From a virus (lineage: Duplodnaviria > Caudoviricetes): a stretch of 64,000 bases of DNA. The notes under the pieces are model-generated. The model made no database searches, had not been told where the DNA came from, and saw only the letters and a program-made list of their open reading frames with translations. This document shows, piece by piece, positions 60,684 through 64,000 of the stretch. Each line of letters starts with the position of its first letter. Within the stretch, counting starts at the first letter, position 1. The DNA is taken from IMG/VR virus record IMGVR_UViG_3300032248_000400, positions 9,599 through 73,598 of that record. The stretch is one strand, 5' to 3'. The translations under genes and the position numbers were made by a program.

Positions 60684-61025
60684 ATGAATAAGTTACTTTT
60701 AGGTATTGTGTTTGGTTTCCTAGCACAAATAATTACTTTTTTGCAATTACAAGGAAATATTAAATACAATTGGTATCAAAGATTTCCAATATTGGTTTTA
60801 GCTACGGCAATTCCAATCAGTTGGTTATTTATTAAATCAGTAGAATCATTTGTATTAGCATTCAATGGTGAGATATGGCCATCGAGATTAATAGGATTTG
60901 CTATTGGTATAATTGTATTTGGTATTATGAGTCATTTTTTATTTAAAGAGCCGGTTACTATAAAAACATTTGTATGTTTGATGTTAGCCTGCTGTATATT
61001 AGGAGTTCAAATTTTTTGGAAATGA
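60684..61025 (+). CDS. Four-TM small membrane protein (SMR/EamA-like)
   Basis: Four hydrophobic helices, FLFKEPVT. Confidence 0.55.
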   Translation: MNKLLLGIVFGFLAQIITFLQLQGNIKYNWYQRFPILVLATAIPISWLFIKSVESFVLAFNGEIWPSRLIGFAIGIIVFGIMSHFLFKEPVTIKTFVCLMLACCILGVQIFWK

Positions 61026-61262
61026 GAAAACCAGAATTAGTCAAAGTTGGTGAGGAGCTATATGAAATAGTTAGAAGGTTTCCAATCAGTAAATTTTCAG
61101 TTGAGATAACCGGTGGTGATGCAGAATTTCTAAGAGAATATTATAGAGTTGAAAAAATACTAAGGAGTGCGCAGACAAGTGAATATCTTTTTGTAAATCA
61201 AATCCAAGACATTGAATACGAAAATTTAGTTGATTAAAATAAACATCTTGCATGCCGTACAT

Positions 61263-61332
61263 AAAAGGGGACATTTATTAATTAAATGTTCCCTTTTTTA
61301 TTTGGTAAAGTGAAATAATTATTGTATATTTA
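61263..61332 (+). promoter_or_regulatory. Terminator followed by a Bacteroidota-type promoter for thyA
   Basis: AAAAGGGGACATTT/AAATGTTCCCTTTT hairpin plus T run; TTTG 61301-N20-TATATTTA. Confidence 0.75.
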
Positions 61333-61347
61333 AATATAAACAAAACT

Positions 61348-62499
61348 ATGAATAATATAGATAGGCAATACAAAGAGTTATTATTAGATATAATACATTT
61401 TGGAATTGATAAAGCAGATAGGACAGGAACGGGAACAAAATCCTTATTCGGTAGGCAAATCAGACACAATATGAAAGAGGGGTTTCCATTACTTACAACA
61501 AAAAAAATGGCTTGGAAATCAATCGTGACTGAGTTACTCTGGTTTTTAAGAGGTGATACCAATATTAAATACCTTTTAGAAAATGGTTGCCATATATGGA
61601 CAGGAGACGCATATAAACAATATAGAGAAACTAACGAAATAAAAAGACAGTACGATAATAATGGGGATGTTGCGGATATAAAAGAATTTGGAGAATTAAT
61701 TTTACAAGATGATGATTTTGCAAAAGAGTTTGGTGAGTTAGGACCAATCTATGGTGCACAATGGAGAAATTGGTTGAATGTTCCAAATGAACTATATAAT
61801 GGTGGTATAGACCAAATCCAAAAACTAATCAACAAACTTAAAACAAATCCTGATAGTAGAAGATTGATGGTTAGTGCTTGGAATGTAGGTGAATTAAATC
61901 AAATGGTATTACCACCTTGTCACTATGGATTTCAAGTTTATACAAGAGAGTTGAGTTTTGAAGAACGAAAAAACAGTTCATTCCTTTACAGTAAATTAAA
62001 AACACAAACACCAATATTAGCATCTTTTATTGAGGATATTCTTCCTACAAATGAAAATAGATGGAATAACTTATTTGATGAATTAAACATTCCAACTAGA
62101 GCAATATCACTAATGTGGAATCAGAGAAGTGTAGATACATTTTTAGGATTACCATTCAACATAGCATCTTATGGATTGTTATTAGAAATAATTGCTGTAT
62201 CAGTTAATATGATTCCAGATGAATTAATTGGTAATTTAGGTGATGTTCATTTGTATAACAATCATTTAGAGCAAGCGGCAGAACAATGTAGTAGAATATC
62301 ATATGAGTTGCCTAAATTAAATATCAATACCGAATTCTGGCCAACCGAAAATGGATCTTGTGGCGAGGGCCCATTAGATGCGGTGGCAGTATTCAAATCA
62401 TTTAAAGATGAAAACTTTTGTAAGTGTCTATTAGAAGAAGATATCCAGCTATACGATTATCAATCACATCCAGCAATTAAAGCTTTACTTTCCAACTAA
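61348..62499 (+). CDS. thyA: Thymidylate synthase
   Basis: DRTGTGT, FPLLTTKK, GPIYGAQWR, SRR, LPPCH, QRSVDTFLGLPFNIASY, HLYNNH. Confidence 0.97.
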   Translation: MNNIDRQYKELLLDIIHFGIDKADRTGTGTKSLFGRQIRHNMKEGFPLLTTKKMAWKSIVTELLWFLRGDTNIKYLLENGCHIWTGDAYKQYRETNEIKRQYDNNGDVADIKEFGELILQDDDFAKEFGELGPIYGAQWRNWLNVPNELYNGGIDQIQKLINKLKTNPDSRRLMVSAWNVGELNQMVLPPCHYGFQVYTRELSFEERKNSSFLYSKLKTQTPILASFIEDILPTNENRWNNLFDELNIPTRAISLMWNQRSVDTFLGLPFNIASYGLLLEIIAVSVNMIPDELIGNLGDVHLYNNHLEQAAEQCSRISYELPKLNINTEFWPTENGSCGEGPLDAVAVFKSFKDENFCKCLLEEDIQLYDYQSHPAIKALLSN

Positions 62500-63766
62500 T
62501 CTTAAAATAAACATTTAATTAATTAATATGATAGAAATAAGATTTAAAGATACAGATCCAGATACAGGAAAAATATCGCAGGATCAACAAATAGCATTAT
62601 GTGAAAATGAAAATATGGCAAAGTTAGTATTATATGCATTGAATATGGCACTAAAAGAAGATAGTAACCCAAATCGTGAAATATATTCGTTGTATGGGAA
62701 ACTTAATAGTGTATTCATTGAATATGGTACAGAGCCGTACATTAAAAATTTAAAATAAAAAAATGAAAAACAAAAAATGGTTTACAGCAAATAATAAATT
62801 TGCTAAGAACAAAGAAGTAGTTAACTTATTACCTTTCGTAAAGATATGGTATAGCAGTAGTTATTATTTAGAAACAGGTGTATTTACTCCAGCATTTGGA
62901 ATAGCAATTAGCTTTTTGAAGTGGAATTATTATTATACAATACAACGTAAGCATTAATATGATTGATTTAATTGGTTATGTAGCAATGATAGGAACAATC
63001 GCATCATTTTGGTTTAGCAAACAATCAATGATACGATTAATAAATACTTTGGCATCTATAATATGGATATGGTATTCAGTATTAGTTCATAACATGCCAT
63101 CATTGTTAGTAAATATATTTGTAATAGCAATGCATCTGATTTGGTTTATAAAATACAAAATCAATGCGAAAAAATAATCACATGGCACTTTTCAAAGAAA
63201 TAAAAAATTTGAAGCAACAGATAAATTATTGGGAAAGTTATGAACCTGTTAATTGGTTAGGTAAATGGAGTCGTGGTGTCAGATTACAAAGTTTGAAAGC
63301 AAGGTATTTATTAATAGAGAAAAAAATACAAATTTTAAAAAATAAAAAATAAAATTATGGATTACATATTAGGTATATGTTTATTATTTATGGTAGCACA
63401 TTCTATATTCGGAATTATGGATATATTTATTCAAACCAGTAAAATAAAAGATGATGATGAAATTGATAAAACAAATTAAAAAACAAAAATGGAAGTATTT
63501 AATTTTCAGGACTGGGGAAGTCCTAAAGCATTTTGGAAAGGATTAGTATTAGGGTTAATGGCATTTGGTTTGCTATTAGTTACAATGTTGAGTATTCTTT
63601 AAGATTAATAAATAAAAAAATTATAAACTATGGAACAAACATTACAAGAAATAAAAGAATTAGCTGAAAGAATGTGGGAAGGCTGCCATGGATGTGATGA
63701 GAATGATAAACAAATGTGGATTAATGGATTTGTAACAGGTTATTTAATGTCTAAATCAGAATAAAC

Positions 63767-64000
63767 ATGACACCAAAAGAAAAAGCAGAAGAGTTCACAA
63801 ATAAGTTCTGTACTCATCTTATAAGCATAGAACAAGCTCAACGATGTGCATTAATAGCAGTGGATGAAATAATTGAAAGTAGAAAAGATGATAGCATGTT
63901 TGGTGATACATTGTTATCTACAAGTAGTGAATATTATAATCCACACCCAATGTATTTAACTTATTGGTTACAAGTAAAACAAGAAATAGAAAAGTTATGA
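63767..64000 (+). CDS. Hypothetical phage protein
   Basis: MTPKEKA...CALIAVDEI...YWLQVKQEIEKL. Confidence 0.6.
   Translation: MTPKEKAEEFTNKFCTHLISIEQAQRCALIAVDEIIESRKDDSMFGDTLLSTSSEYYNPHPMYLTYWLQVKQEIEKL

Noticed and set aside
570-61562. Minus-strand ORFs in the track
   Set aside because: All shadow well-supported + strand genes and show no recognisable motifs.
61348-62499. Intron or intein in thyA
   Set aside because: The ORF is continuous, and the extra segments are short insertions without splicing motifs.
1-64000. Stop-codon reassignment (as in some Bacteroidota phages)
   Set aside because: Recognisable enzymes are full length in the standard code, and no suppressor tRNA is seen.
1-64000. 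CRISPR array or cas genes
   Set aside because: No regularly spaced direct repeats were found. The 35.7-35.9 kb repeats are promoters and the 50.5 kb repeats are irregular, mixed-orientation IHF-type sites.

Overview
This is a 64 kb, AT-rich segment in which essentially all genes are on the + strand and read in the standard genetic code. It is most consistent with a large (jumbo-type) tailed phage of a Bacteroidota host. The host call rests on repeated TTTG-N19/20-TAnnTTT promoters, a DUF4494-like gene, T9SS-CTD-like lipoproteins and a Bacteroidota-like tmRNA resume context. No capsid or terminase gene lies in the window, so the phage call is inferred from gene content. Layout: (1) 1-13.3 kb, a glycan and nucleotide-sugar cluster containing a RuBisCO-like protein (form IV). 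(2) 13.3-23.3 kb, putative virion-internal proteins, heptose-pathway enzymes, an endolysin and a GT2/LpxH-like pair. (3) 23.6-33 kb, a secreted surface module with CsgG-like, cohesin/dockerin/lectin, T9SS-CTD-like and beta-barrel proteins. (4) 35.1-39.1 kb, an RNA island: a tmRNA with a 23-aa tag, two small promoter-driven structured RNAs, an ~880 nt GOLLD-like RNA, three tRNAs (one atypical) and rrn-type boxA sites. (5) 41.7-64 kb, IHF-site-flanked promoters driving vWA/AAA+, DNA ligase, Gp88-like, many small hypothetical genes and thyA. The strongest candidates for undescribed biology are the RLP-containing sugar pathway, the RNA island and the surface-display module. All protein family calls are by motif recognition, not database search.
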